From an uncultured virus (IMG/VR IMGVR_UViG_3300006119_000007) (Duplodnaviria > Heunggongvirae > Uroviricota > Caudoviricetes): DNA of 64,000 nt. Made by a program: the position numbers and the translations under genes. Location: IMG/VR virus record IMGVR_UViG_3300006119_000007; one strand, written 5' to 3'. The notes beneath the pieces were generated by a model. The model had not been told where the DNA came from, did not search any database, and worked only from the letters and a program-made list of their open reading frames with translations. Shown one piece after another: positions 17,641 to 26,672 of the stretch. The number at the start of each line of letters is the position of its first letter. The first letter of the stretch is position 1.

Positions 17641-18845
17641 AATTTTTCTTTAATTCTTTTCATTATTTCGGCAAAAGTATATTCTGCATCTTGATGTAGC
17701 TTATAAAATTCAAATGCGCTGTTTCGCCATTCTTCTCTCATTCCAGGATCTTTCTCGAGGGCTTTAATTGTCTCCAGCGTTTCTGCCATGTTTTCCTCAT
17801 CAAGCCAGACTGTTCCGTTATTCTTACAATCTATCAATGGCTTTTTATAGTGACGATGCTTGCATAATTGCCCATACTTTTTTCTAAAAACGGGTATTGT
17901 TCCAGTGCATGCCAATTCACAGTGAGTGTACTCAATTGATCTCTCGATAAAGTGAGGCTTTAATAATGAAAGCTGATAGCCAAATCCTACTCGTGACATA
18001 CGCTCAAGCATTTCAGAATTTACATAAGGACCAAAGACATAGACCAGATCTCCATAACCTTTTGAGAGATCTACAGTTGATACGTTTTCATTAATCAATC
18101 CATGAAAATCTGAGAGTTCTTGAAATCCAAGATATGCTGGAGAGCGTTCAATTCCCTCAAAAGTAGTAAGATAGCCAGCCTTCCTCAGAAAGTTATTATG
18201 GAAATCGAACATCTCCTTATATCCTTTCCAACTCGTGGTTCTTCCAATCCACTTATTGTGTTTTGCATCTTGCGTCTTGATGTCAGCTTTCCAGTACTTT
18301 TCTTTTACAGGATCGAAATACATTCCAGGCTGAAAGCCAAGAACTTCAAATGGATTGTCGTCAATAAAGTTTGAGAGCCCGCCTCCACGAATCTTTGTAG
18401 CGTATTGTGCAAAATCATTGGTTACGCTATGAGCAAAGATGATGTCTGCTCTTTGAATAGATTCATCCATGCATGCATTTCTTCGAATAGATTGCATAGA
18501 ATGATCGTGTTGTATAAGAACAATAGGCTTCTTAATTTCATTTAGTGCTCGCGAAAATCCTTGAACAGCTTCATCACTATATGATTCTGGAGGAAGACTA
18601 TTTACGATTACGATGTCACACTCGTTTGAAGCATGAATCATGTTATCGACTTCTTCTTTCTTACTCAGTTTAAGTTCAGTAATGCCTTGAGTGTCATGGG
18701 CGTTCTTTCTTGTCCATGATTTGTCTCTTGATGCAAAGGCTACGAAATCGTGTTTATGTTTCTTAAGCCATTTCATCTGTTCAAGTGTGAACTTAGTTAC
18801 TCCACACCCTTCAATACCTCTACCCATTATAATTGATATTTTCAT
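17637..18845 (-). CDS. agt: DNA alpha-glucosyltransferase
   Basis: N-terminus MKISIIMGRGIEGCGVTKFTLEQ..W matches T4 alpha-gt; WIGRTTSWKG and EYTHCE..C.GTIPVF are also present. Confidence 0.9.
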   Translation of the reverse strand: MKISIIMGRGIEGCGVTKFTLEQMKWLKKHKHDFVAFASRDKSWTRKNAHDTQGITELKLSKKEEVDNMIHASNECDIVIVNSLPPESYSDEAVQGFSRALNEIKKPIVLIQHDHSMQSIRRNACMDESIQRADIIFAHSVTNDFAQYATKIRGGGLSNFIDDNPFEVLGFQPGMYFDPVKEKYWKADIKTQDAKHNKWIGRTTSWKGYKEMFDFHNNFLRKAGYLTTFEGIERSPAYLGFQELSDFHGLINENVSTVDLSKGYGDLVYVFGPYVNSEMLERMSRVGFGYQLSLLKPHFIERSIEYTHCELACTGTIPVFRKKYGQLCKHRHYKKPLIDCKNNGTVWLDEENMAETLETIKALEKDPGMREEWRNSAFEFYKLHQDAEYTFAEIMKRIKEKL

Positions 18846-19216
18846 GATTTAATGTGAATGTACTTATAGGCCTTTTCTAGAATAGATTTTTCATAAGATT
18901 TATCGTTTAACTTCCGGTTCCGAGGACTCGGGTGAGGAAGAACAAAGTGATCAATTCCAGCTTTCTTAAGAGCCGCAGAGGCAAATCCTCCAAGAGCTAA
19001 TACTCTTTTATATGGACGCGCTAATTCAAGTGTAGTAAAGTCTACATCACTGAGTTTAGGATTATCTTTTGGGCAATGAAAGGTGTTTATGAATGAGAAC
19101 TTATCAATCTTAATAGTATTCATCCATAACGTTAAACGATCAAAAGTCGAGTTTTTTCTTACTCGACTTCCCGTAATTTTATTTGAGGGATTCATCCCCA
19201 CTACGATTGTTTTCAT
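18842..19216 (-). CDS. Minimal uracil-DNA-glycosylase-superfamily protein (SMUG1-like motifs)
   Basis: Motif A VVGMNPS, VLALG and motif B LPHPSPRN. Confidence 0.8.
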   Translation of the reverse strand: MKTIVVGMNPSNKITGSRVRKNSTFDRLTLWMNTIKIDKFSFINTFHCPKDNPKLSDVDFTTLELARPYKRVLALGGFASAALKKAGIDHFVLPHPSPRNRKLNDKSYEKSILEKAYKYIHIKS

Positions 19217-19653
19217 TCGCTAAACTCCCAAGTAACACCTGCTTCTTCAAATAGACTTAGAGTTAATTCACATGAATCTTTCCAGTTTCCGGCTCTTTCT
19301 ATTCTAGGCATAACGATATGCTTACATCCAACTTGAATCATACCCTTTGCACACTCTGAACATGCTGGAAGCCCATGAATAAACATTGTAGAATCGCGAA
19401 GGGATACACCATTCATTGAAGCGTTATAGATCACATTCATTTCGGCATGAACTACGTATTTGTACTTGATCTCGCGATTGCTATATCTTTCTTCTGTATC
19501 ATTTATGAGTCGAGGGAATCCATTATAACCCTGAGAAAGAACTTGGCCACGATCACCGATAGCGACTGCGCCTATCTTTCGAGATGGATCTTTTGACCAA
19601 GATGCAACTTCTTTTGCGAGGTTAAGGTACCTCTGTTTCCATTTACTGTCCAT
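19213..19653 (-). CDS. cd: dCMP deaminase
   Basis: SKDPS.KIGAV, GYNGFP, HAEMN and PACSECAK. Confidence 0.93.
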   Translation of the reverse strand: MDSKWKQRYLNLAKEVASWSKDPSRKIGAVAIGDRGQVLSQGYNGFPRLINDTEERYSNREIKYKYVVHAEMNVIYNASMNGVSLRDSTMFIHGLPACSECAKGMIQVGCKHIVMPRIERAGNWKDSCELTLSLFEEAGVTWEFSE

Positions 19654-20323
19654 CTTTTAAGAGATCAAAGTGTCTTTCGTAAACGTGTAAAGAACCAACA
19701 TTCCAGATGATGTTACCTTTTTCATAATTTTCATCTGCTTTCTTATTCAAATCTTCGAGTAAACGATCTAGAACTATTGATTGCCAATAACGATCGTTCT
19801 TATAACCAAAGACAACATCATTACTTCTCATCTGCACGACTGCATGAAGCTTATTATCACGAAGTAAGTATTGAACTGCGTTTGTGCACATGAAGTCGGA
19901 CATTCCATCTTTGCAATAATCTTGGTGCATAGTTGGACGAGTGTAAATCATGACAGCTCGACGAGAGTTGCGGTGTGCTAATAGTTCAAGAAGAACTGAC
20001 CAATATTGCTTATGGTTTGCTTCAGAGTATATGCACCAACCATAATTTGAATTGATGTAACCTTTTGTAGAAGCAACTTGTTGCCAGATCTTTGGAGGAC
20101 CACCAGGAATATCTGATACTTTTAAAGACAAAGAGTCATACCACTGAAGTTCACGCTCGACGTACTCAGTAACTTTACCAAAGATTGCTTCTTCGTCAGC
20201 TATGAAGTTTGCACCAATCAACTCGATAGTTTTTACACCAGTTTTATCAGAGACAAATCGACCTGCGGCCAGTTCATCAATGAAGTGTTGACGTATGTCT
20301 TTAACTCTTGGAAGATTTATCAT
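19643..20323 (-). CDS. 42: dCMP hydroxymethylase (gp42)
   Basis: INSNYGW, DFMCTNAVQYLLR, MRSNDVVFGYKND (Asp specifying dCMP) and GSLHVYERHF; close to T4 gp42. Confidence 0.9.
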   Translation of the reverse strand: MINLPRVKDIRQHFIDELAAGRFVSDKTGVKTIELIGANFIADEEAIFGKVTEYVERELQWYDSLSLKVSDIPGGPPKIWQQVASTKGYINSNYGWCIYSEANHKQYWSVLLELLAHRNSRRAVMIYTRPTMHQDYCKDGMSDFMCTNAVQYLLRDNKLHAVVQMRSNDVVFGYKNDRYWQSIVLDRLLEDLNKKADENYEKGNIIWNVGSLHVYERHFDLLKDGQ

Positions 20324-20660
20324 TGGACTTTTGAATTGGACGATTTAAAAAATCACGATCAGAGGTTTGACCTTCAATACCGCCACGTATATATGCAACG
20401 ATAAAAGAAGAGTAATTAATAAGATCCTTCGCAGAATCTTCAATCGATTCAAAGTTAGGTTTGTAGTTTGGATCATTCTCCATCGCTTCGATGACTGATC
20501 GCATTCTCAACGTTTTTGCATGAATGATATCAAGAATAGAAGATACACCACGAGGATAATAATCAGATTGACGAATTCGGCTATTTGGATTCTGATAATC
20601 GTTTGACTTCTTCGTTTGAAGTTCGGCACATTCTTGGAGAACTTTGATGGATTCTTTCAT
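20301..20660 (-). CDS. Nucleotide-modification-associated domain protein (Nmad1/DUF1599-like)
   Basis: KKSNDY...K.LR...ESIEDSAKDLINYS pattern; located in the modification cluster. Confidence 0.7.
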   Translation of the reverse strand: MKESIKVLQECAELQTKKSNDYQNPNSRIRQSDYYPRGVSSILDIIHAKTLRMRSVIEAMENDPNYKPNFESIEDSAKDLINYSSFIVAYIRGGIEGQTSDRDFLNRPIQKSNDKSSKS

Positions 20661-20668
20661 AAGGGATT

Positions 20669-20697
20669 AATATAAGTTATTTTTCAGTATTTGTAAA
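20669..20697 (-). promoter_or_regulatory. Early promoter GTTTACA-N17-TATATT heading the hmC operon
   Basis: T4 early consensus. Confidence 0.75.
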
Positions 20698-21309
20698 CTA
20701 TAAAATGCAGAGATCAAGTAAGATTTTTCTTCTTCGAGCGGCTGAAGAATCTACTCGATAATAGGTCTTTCCGGTTGAAGATACCTCTTTCCTGAAGTAT
20801 CCAAGCGTCTTCACGAGTTCTTTAATATCAATCATCCAGAGAGGCGTATAGAGATACTTGAGATACGCTATCTTTTCATATCCAATCACCATAAGCACGT
20901 CACAGTATTTGGAGCTATGCAATAAAGATTTAATCGTAGTATCTGATATGTTCCAATTAAGATCTCCGTACTCAGGATGTAAGAGGCAGCTTTTTACTTG
21001 AATAAATCTACCCTCACATTCTAGATCTTGCATTCTTTTTCCGAATGGAATACTCTTTGCATTATTTACTGCCGGCGATACCTGCTTGAATAAGTTATTT
21101 AAGAGTAGATAGCATTCAGCACCCATTCCCGGTGCAGTGTGTTCGCGGATAGTATTTTCATCGCGATACTGAGGGTGACCTTCAGGGTACTTTTGTTCAC
21201 GAATAATATTGTTTACAAATAGCTCTAGATCTTTGCTATAGTCTTTACCCACATCAAGCACGCCCCTCTGGGCACAATAATTCATCACCGGTTCAGAAAA
21301 AGGTTTCAT
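20698..21309 (-). CDS. Hypothetical protein, possible PD-(D/E)XK nuclease
   Basis: GMGAE helix and QDLECEGRFIQVKS (D...QxK). Confidence 0.55.
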   Translation of the reverse strand: MKPFSEPVMNYCAQRGVLDVGKDYSKDLELFVNNIIREQKYPEGHPQYRDENTIREHTAPGMGAECYLLLNNLFKQVSPAVNNAKSIPFGKRMQDLECEGRFIQVKSCLLHPEYGDLNWNISDTTIKSLLHSSKYCDVLMVIGYEKIAYLKYLYTPLWMIDIKELVKTLGYFRKEVSSTGKTYYRVDSSAARRRKILLDLCIL

Positions 21310-21315
21310 ATAATA

Positions 21316-22266
21316 TTAGGGTAAGTGTTTATAGGCATACTCTATCGCCCTATCAGCTTCATTCTTCAGAGGACGATTCTGGTATATATTAGCAGTTTCA
21401 ACATCGAGTTCACGAATCAATTCGGCAATTTCAACTGCAGTGATTGGATAACTCTTTTTTACGGCGTTGCATGCGATACTTGTCATGATCTTATAGATCA
21501 TGCGATATCTTCCGCTGCCATCAATCATTGCAATACTTTTATATTCGTTTATAAGTTTTTTGTTTACGAAAGGGCAATCACGATAAGAACTCCAGGAGAT
21601 ATTCTTATTCGTCATTGTATCTTTGCGAATGTTTAGAATTTCTTTTCTTATATTATCAGGAAGTCTATCTAAAAATGAATTTCCAATCTTTTCAGAGAAT
21701 TCATACTTAGTCATGAGTTCTTCAGCATTCATGAACTCACCTTTTACAGTAAAGATAAAGTTATCTGCATTTGGATACTGAGCTGGAACATAATACATCC
21801 GGCTAAAATCTTTTGTTTGCTCGTCTCCAATAGAATTAAATTCTTTACTCAGGGCATACCAAAAGTGACGAATTTTTTCATTTGGAACATGAGAAGATAA
21901 AGGGAAGACTAAACGAAACTTTGGTTTTTCTTTTGTTGAGGATGCTGTAGAATAACAAACGAAGTAATACTTGTTCTTATACTTCTCAACGATATCTTCT
22001 ACTCTACCTTCATAGCTATCTACGTCAAGAGCTGCCCAGCCAGCCCAGGCGATTACATTTACATTTGCTCGCGTAGTGTTCTCTTTATAAATCGCAGGAG
22101 ATATCAAAGGAGAAGATTTTTTCTTTTCTCCTCTCTTTGCTTTATATCCTGGCTGCTTTGATAACTGATAAAGCAGCGCTTCGAACTTATCCCAAGACTT
22201 GAAGTCCATTCGCTTCGCAGTCTTGTTATCGAAGATAGATTTAAAAAGAGTAAAGCTATACGTCAT
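21316..22266 (-). CDS. Archaeo-eukaryotic primase/PrimPol-like protein
   Basis: AALDVD, YSTASST..KPKFRLVFPL and KDFSRMYYVP, plus a PriCT-like helical C-terminus. Confidence 0.8.
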   Translation of the reverse strand: MTYSFTLFKSIFDNKTAKRMDFKSWDKFEALLYQLSKQPGYKAKRGEKKKSSPLISPAIYKENTTRANVNVIAWAGWAALDVDSYEGRVEDIVEKYKNKYYFVCYSTASSTKEKPKFRLVFPLSSHVPNEKIRHFWYALSKEFNSIGDEQTKDFSRMYYVPAQYPNADNFIFTVKGEFMNAEELMTKYEFSEKIGNSFLDRLPDNIRKEILNIRKDTMTNKNISWSSYRDCPFVNKKLINEYKSIAMIDGSGRYRMIYKIMTSIACNAVKKSYPITAVEIAELIRELDVETANIYQNRPLKNEADRAIEYAYKHLP

Positions 22267-22667
22267 TTCTTCTGGAGTTTACTTAGTAGACCTACGTTAT
22301 CTTTATGCTCTGGAGCAACCCAGCCATTTGGTTTAATGAGATCTGGAAGTCCTAGAGGATTTGGCCTTGAAGCTTTGATTCCTACTTCTTTCGCCATGTT
22401 TGCTTTGTGTACTTCGTCCCATGCTTTATAAGCATCAACATCAAAGGCATCAAGAGTACCTATTGCAACAACACAAAGATCAATCAAAGCGTCGACAATA
22501 TCGTCCACTTCTTTTGAGTTCTTCATTTCATTCAATTCTTCTTCTAGGAATCTAATTCTAAATTCTAGAAAAGAATAAAGTTTTTGCTCATCCAGTGATC
22601 GAATCACAGGATTGACTCCAAACTTTTTATGCATGTCGCCGATATCTTTAACCCAGTTCTTGCTCAT
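22263..22667 (-). CDS. MazG/PRA-PH-type NTP pyrophosphohydrolase
   Basis: FLEEELNE...VDALIDLCVVAIG...AWDEVH.ANM.K...DLIKP.GW..P. Confidence 0.85.
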   Translation of the reverse strand: MSKNWVKDIGDMHKKFGVNPVIRSLDEQKLYSFLEFRIRFLEEELNEMKNSKEVDDIVDALIDLCVVAIGTLDAFDVDAYKAWDEVHKANMAKEVGIKASRPNPLGLPDLIKPNGWVAPEHKDNVGLLSKLQKK

Positions 22668-22673
22668 ATTTGT

Positions 22674-22702
22674 ATCCTATATTAGTTTTGGCTAGTTGTA
22701 AA
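22674..22702 (-). promoter_or_regulatory. Early promoter TTTACA-N17-TAGGAT
   Basis: Consensus match; implies a nearly leaderless mRNA. Confidence 0.6.
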
Positions 22703-22705
22703 CAA

Positions 22706-25237
22706 TTAAGAGAAAAAACTTTCAAGATTTGATCCGCCTTCAGCTCTCCAGCCTACTGCTTCAAGTATCTGAGAAAGAGGATCTAAGAAAGTCTTCTGGA
22801 ATTGAATGTCACGATCAACATACTTATGTAGATTCAATTCCTTTGGAAGAATATCAATGAAAGATATTACATTCTCTTGAATAACATTTGGAGTCTTCAG
22901 ATATGTAAACTTGATCTTTTCTCCGTTCTTGATCAACTCATACTTTCTCTCGAGTCCATTACGTTTTACGTGATGATTAAAGAGTAAGGCGCCTCTTACA
23001 TGAATTGGAGTTCCCGTTCCTCCACCTTTCTTATAGATTGTAGAGTTTGAAGCCCACTCGCTGAGATTGGATACTCCTCGAGGAAAAGCAATTTGCTCAG
23101 GAGGAAGTTCATCAAACTTAGATCTGAATTCTGCAATTTCTTTTTGAACTGCAACTTCATCCTTTGTCATAATCGTTTTAAAGAGATCTCGCATTGCATC
23201 TCTACAAACTTCAGGAGTTGAGGACTTAATCGCCTCAATACCCATGATCTTAATTTCTGGCTCATCGTACTGGACGCCTTCGTTGTTATGAACGTTTAGG
23301 ATGTATCTTTTCTTTGCTGTCCAGATTCCACGATCAGCTATCGCTTCACGCTTCATCATCATACGATTCTTTGGACAACCCATTTGTTTTGCAAGCTTTT
23401 CGTAAGCTGCGTTTAAAACAGGAGTCACGCCTTTTCCACAGAACTCGTCTAAGAACTTTACAGGATTCTTCGGTTGAAACTTTTCTACAACCTTTTCCAT
23501 ATTCACATACAACGAATCAGTATCAATCGCGATTACATAGTCTACGTTGTTTGATTTTAACGTATCATTCAGATATTTGTTTACGGCTTTTTCTGCCCAG
23601 CGAATCGCAACTTGGCCAGATAGAGTAACTGCTTCTGCAACTCGTATATCGAAGTATCGAAAGTAAGCATTACCTAAAGCACCGTATAAAGAGTTTAAAA
23701 GAATCTTTACTGCAATCTGTTGATTATCTAAACGAGAGATATCTCTCTCAAGTTTATAAAGTTCTACTTTATCATCTTTTGGAAGTGCAGCTTTCTTCTT
23801 CTGAGCTTCGATCTTTGCGTTTTTAAGAATTACACGCTTATCGTAAATTTCATTAATGATTCGAGGTATGACGCCAATCTTATCAGTTCTAAAGTGTACG
23901 CCATTTACTGCAGTAATTACTCCTTCACGAGCAGGAGTCCAAGATTTTCCATTTAGTATAACATCGGGAGAAACTCCAGAAGCAACCTCATCACATATCG
24001 TTTCTGGAGACATGTTATACTGAATGATGAGATTTGGATACAATGAATTCAAGTCAAATGAACACACCCAGTTGTGAAGACCTATCATTGGTTCTTTCAC
24101 ATATCCTCCTGGATATTCTCCTTTTACATGATCTTTTGAAGGAGGAATCACTACACTTTTTCTCATGAGATCTCGATAGATGATCGAATCCCAGATTGCA
24201 GTTGTTCCTAGAGCATCAGAATAGTTTACTCCACCCATGTAAGATAGAGTTAGAACAAGTGTAATCAAACCAAGTTTATCTTCTAACTTCTCAACGATCT
24301 CTACATCGGTGATGTTATAGTCAATATACTTTTGAAAATCTTGTTCATAAAGATTTGAGAGACTTCCATACTCTTCATACGAAAGCTTTGTTGTACCAAG
24401 AACGACATGAGCTATGTTCCCAAGCTTATATGATTCTTGTTGTCCATAAGTCAAAGTTGTAAATTTTTGAAACAGATCAAGATAATCAAGCTGCGCGATA
24501 CCAGTGATATCCCACATCTTTAGAGGTCTTCCTTTCACAACCATTTCTTTTTGTTCAATCTTTGACCAAGGAGAAAGTTGCTTTGCAGTTTCTTCGCCAA
24601 AAATACGAATGATTCGATTTAAGAGATATGGAATATCGAATGCACGAGTGTTCCAGCCAGTGATAATATCAGGAACATTTGGACCATTTGAGAACCATGA
24701 TATAAAGTTCAAGAGCATATCAGATTCAGTCTTAAACTGGTGATAATCTACTTTACCTTTGAACACTGAGATTTCAGGATCATAAGGTTTCGTTCCCCAG
24801 ACATGAAATAGATTGTCAATATTATTGTTTACAGTGATCGCAGTCACTTCATGGAGTGCTTGCTCTGGCTCAGGGAAACCATCATTTGATTTGACTTCGA
24901 TATCGAGAACTGCTACATTAATTAGATTACGATCAAAATGAATTTCATCTGGAAATCTATCTTGAATAAACTGAGTAATCCATCTCATATTTCCATAGAT
25001 TGTAAAAGAACTTATACCTTCGTACTTTGCAACGAAGGATTTTGCTTCTTTCATCGAATCGAAGCCTATTGGCTCCACATTCGTACCATCCAACGAGTGC
25101 CATTGAGTTTTCTCAAGCTTAGAAGGAAGATACAATGTAGGCTTAAATTTAATCTTCTCGCGTATCTGACGCCCATTGTCATATCCGCGATAAAGAATGT
25201 CTGAGCCAAATCTACTTACGTTTGTATAGAATTTCAC
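22706..25237 (-). CDS. 43: Family B DNA polymerase gp43
   Basis: DIEV exonuclease motif, FDLNSLYP, KILLNSLYGALGN, DTDS and KKRY; GTG start; uninterrupted. Confidence 0.98.
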   Translation of the reverse strand: MKFYTNVSRFGSDILYRGYDNGRQIREKIKFKPTLYLPSKLEKTQWHSLDGTNVEPIGFDSMKEAKSFVAKYEGISSFTIYGNMRWITQFIQDRFPDEIHFDRNLINVAVLDIEVKSNDGFPEPEQALHEVTAITVNNNIDNLFHVWGTKPYDPEISVFKGKVDYHQFKTESDMLLNFISWFSNGPNVPDIITGWNTRAFDIPYLLNRIIRIFGEETAKQLSPWSKIEQKEMVVKGRPLKMWDITGIAQLDYLDLFQKFTTLTYGQQESYKLGNIAHVVLGTTKLSYEEYGSLSNLYEQDFQKYIDYNITDVEIVEKLEDKLGLITLVLTLSYMGGVNYSDALGTTAIWDSIIYRDLMRKSVVIPPSKDHVKGEYPGGYVKEPMIGLHNWVCSFDLNSLYPNLIIQYNMSPETICDEVASGVSPDVILNGKSWTPAREGVITAVNGVHFRTDKIGVIPRIINEIYDKRVILKNAKIEAQKKKAALPKDDKVELYKLERDISRLDNQQIAVKILLNSLYGALGNAYFRYFDIRVAEAVTLSGQVAIRWAEKAVNKYLNDTLKSNNVDYVIAIDTDSLYVNMEKVVEKFQPKNPVKFLDEFCGKGVTPVLNAAYEKLAKQMGCPKNRMMMKREAIADRGIWTAKKRYILNVHNNEGVQYDEPEIKIMGIEAIKSSTPEVCRDAMRDLFKTIMTKDEVAVQKEIAEFRSKFDELPPEQIAFPRGVSNLSEWASNSTIYKKGGGTGTPIHVRGALLFNHHVKRNGLERKYELIKNGEKIKFTYLKTPNVIQENVISFIDILPKELNLHKYVDRDIQFQKTFLDPLSQILEAVGWRAEGGSNLESFFS

Positions 25238-25248
25238 GTTATGTCAAG

Positions 25249-25276
25249 ATAATAACACAAAAAAGCCGGATGTACA
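25249..25276 (-). promoter_or_regulatory. Promoter TGTACA-N16-TATTAT for gene 43
   Basis: Consensus-like; its -35 lies inside the terminator stem. Confidence 0.55.
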
Positions 25277-25295
25277 TATTTAAAGTACATCCGGC
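25259..25295 (-). terminator. Intrinsic terminator
   Basis: 11-bp stem GCCGGATGTAC/GTACATCCGGC followed by T6. Confidence 0.85.
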
Positions 25296-25319
25296 CCAAC
25301 TTAATTAACGAGTTTCCTC

Positions 25320-25616
25320 TTAGGAAGGAACGATAATATCTTTATTTGCTTGCTCTGGAACAATGATATTTGAATGCATCTTTATGTATTCGTTTGCCAG
25401 TTGTGTAGTAGGATCGACAATGAATACAACGTATTTAGTCGATATCTGCACAGCTTCATTGCGAGCATAAGGTAGCCAATGCGCAAATCCAATGTTGCCG
25501 TCACCGGTTGGAATAATAACTGCAGGTAATTTAAGGACGTATTTGTCTCCTGAAACACCTAGATCGCAGAGAATTTCTTCCCCCGATGTTAAACGCACGA
25601 TTTTAATATTGCTCAT
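25320..25616 (-). CDS. Conserved small Sm-like-fold protein
   Basis: IKIVRLTSGEEILC...WLPY, typical neighbour of hsp20 in T4-like phages. Confidence 0.8.
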   Translation of the reverse strand: MSNIKIVRLTSGEEILCDLGVSGDKYVLKLPAVIIPTGDGNIGFAHWLPYARNEAVQISTKYVVFIVDPTTQLANEYIKMHSNIIVPEQANKDIIVPS

Positions 25617-25657
25617 AATATATTTGGTTTACGATTGACTAATGAATAAAGTATATA

Positions 25658-26098
25658 TCAACCTTTCAAGAATGATTTCTTCTTTTCAGGAAGAGTTCCA
25701 ATCTTGATCTTTCGAGGTTTTTGATCTTCGGGAATCACTCTTTCGAGTCCGATAGTAAGTACTCCACTATCCAGAGTAGTCGTGGTCACTTGAACATGTT
25801 CGTTCAAGGTGAATACTCTTATGAAGTTACGACTTGAGATACCCTTATGGATATAAGCCCTGTCGTCTTCTTTTGTACCGGTGACTGTGAGTACCGATTC
25901 CTTTTGTTCGATGTCCAGGTTTTCTTCTTTGAAACCTGCGACTGCGATTTCTATTAGGTAGTGATCCTCATCGATTTTCACCACATTGTGTGGTGGATAG
26001 TTTGGAATCTCTTGATTAAGAGCAGTTCCAATCTGATTGAACAGTTGATCGAATCCGATGAAGGATGCGCGTGGGAACGTATATGTTGTAGCTGTCAT
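25658..26098 (-). CDS. hsp20: Small heat-shock protein (IbpA-like Hsp20)
   Basis: IGFDQLF, NYPPHNV, IEIAVAGF, YIHKGIS.RNF.R.F.L and P..KPRKIKI. Confidence 0.95.
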   Translation of the reverse strand: MTATTYTFPRASFIGFDQLFNQIGTALNQEIPNYPPHNVVKIDEDHYLIEIAVAGFKEENLDIEQKESVLTVTGTKEDDRAYIHKGISSRNFIRVFTLNEHVQVTTTTLDSGVLTIGLERVIPEDQKPRKIKIGTLPEKKKSFLKG

Positions 26099-26181
26099 GT
26101 ATATTTCCTCCAGTTAAGCGAGGTTATGTTATCAGGAACCAGTTAAGCATTCCTGTGACCGATGGAATTACCGGTCAGACA
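26099..26181 (-). promoter_or_regulatory. ROSE-like RNA thermometer / structured hsp20 leader
   Basis: Three hairpins; the last pairs CCUCGCU with the SD GGAGG. Confidence 0.65.
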
Positions 26182-26189
26182 TATTTATA
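26182..26189 (-). promoter_or_regulatory. Late promoter TATAAATA (hsp20)
   Basis: Exact consensus. Confidence 0.75.
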
Positions 26190-26672
26190 TCATTTACCCG
26201 TATTACCGATATTATATTTAGGTAGAAGTTGCCAGTTTGCTTTTTCTTTATGTGGAATGATCTTTATTTGACGGAGTGGTGCCTTTACTTGAACCTGAGT
26301 AGGATTGACTATCGTAACTAATCCCCAGTCTGATAATAAAGTTGCAATTGTATTTCTACGCTGGAGATCGTTCTCCGTTAAATTAGATGGCTTACCATCA
26401 AGTAAAAATAGTTCTTTAAAATGGACAATGAAGTATCTTCCTTGCTTATGAAGGATATGGCATGACTGATATAGCTTATTCGTTTCTTTTCGAGAAGCAA
26501 CGCCAATTCTCGTAAGTGTTTCTCTTACTTTTAAGAAGTCGTCTGGCTCGTTCAGCGTAATTTCGAGCATCATCGATGGGTTCCAATCTACTGGAACCTC
26601 TTCAGTGATATTACTTGGGTTTTTGTTTGTTGTTGCGTCCACCTTGAAATAGTTTTCGTTTGAGATCTTCAA
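26190..26672 (-). CDS. regA: Translational repressor RegA (true start uncertain, possibly GTG at 26642)
   Basis: PDDFLKVRETLTRIGVAS...LYQSCHILHKQGRYFIVHFKELF.LDG. Confidence 0.96.
   Translation of the reverse strand: MKISNENYFKVDATTNKNPSNITEEVPVDWNPSMMLEITLNEPDDFLKVRETLTRIGVASRKETNKLYQSCHILHKQGRYFIVHFKELFLLDGKPSNLTENDLQRRNTIATLLSDWGLVTIVNPTQVQVKAPLRQIKIIPHKEKANWQLLPKYNIGNTGK

Noticed and set aside
19643..20323. Thymidylate synthase or dUMP hydroxymethylase call
   Set aside because: Asp in FGYKND, overall gp42-like motifs and the adjacent alpha-glucosyltransferase favour dCMP hydroxymethylase.
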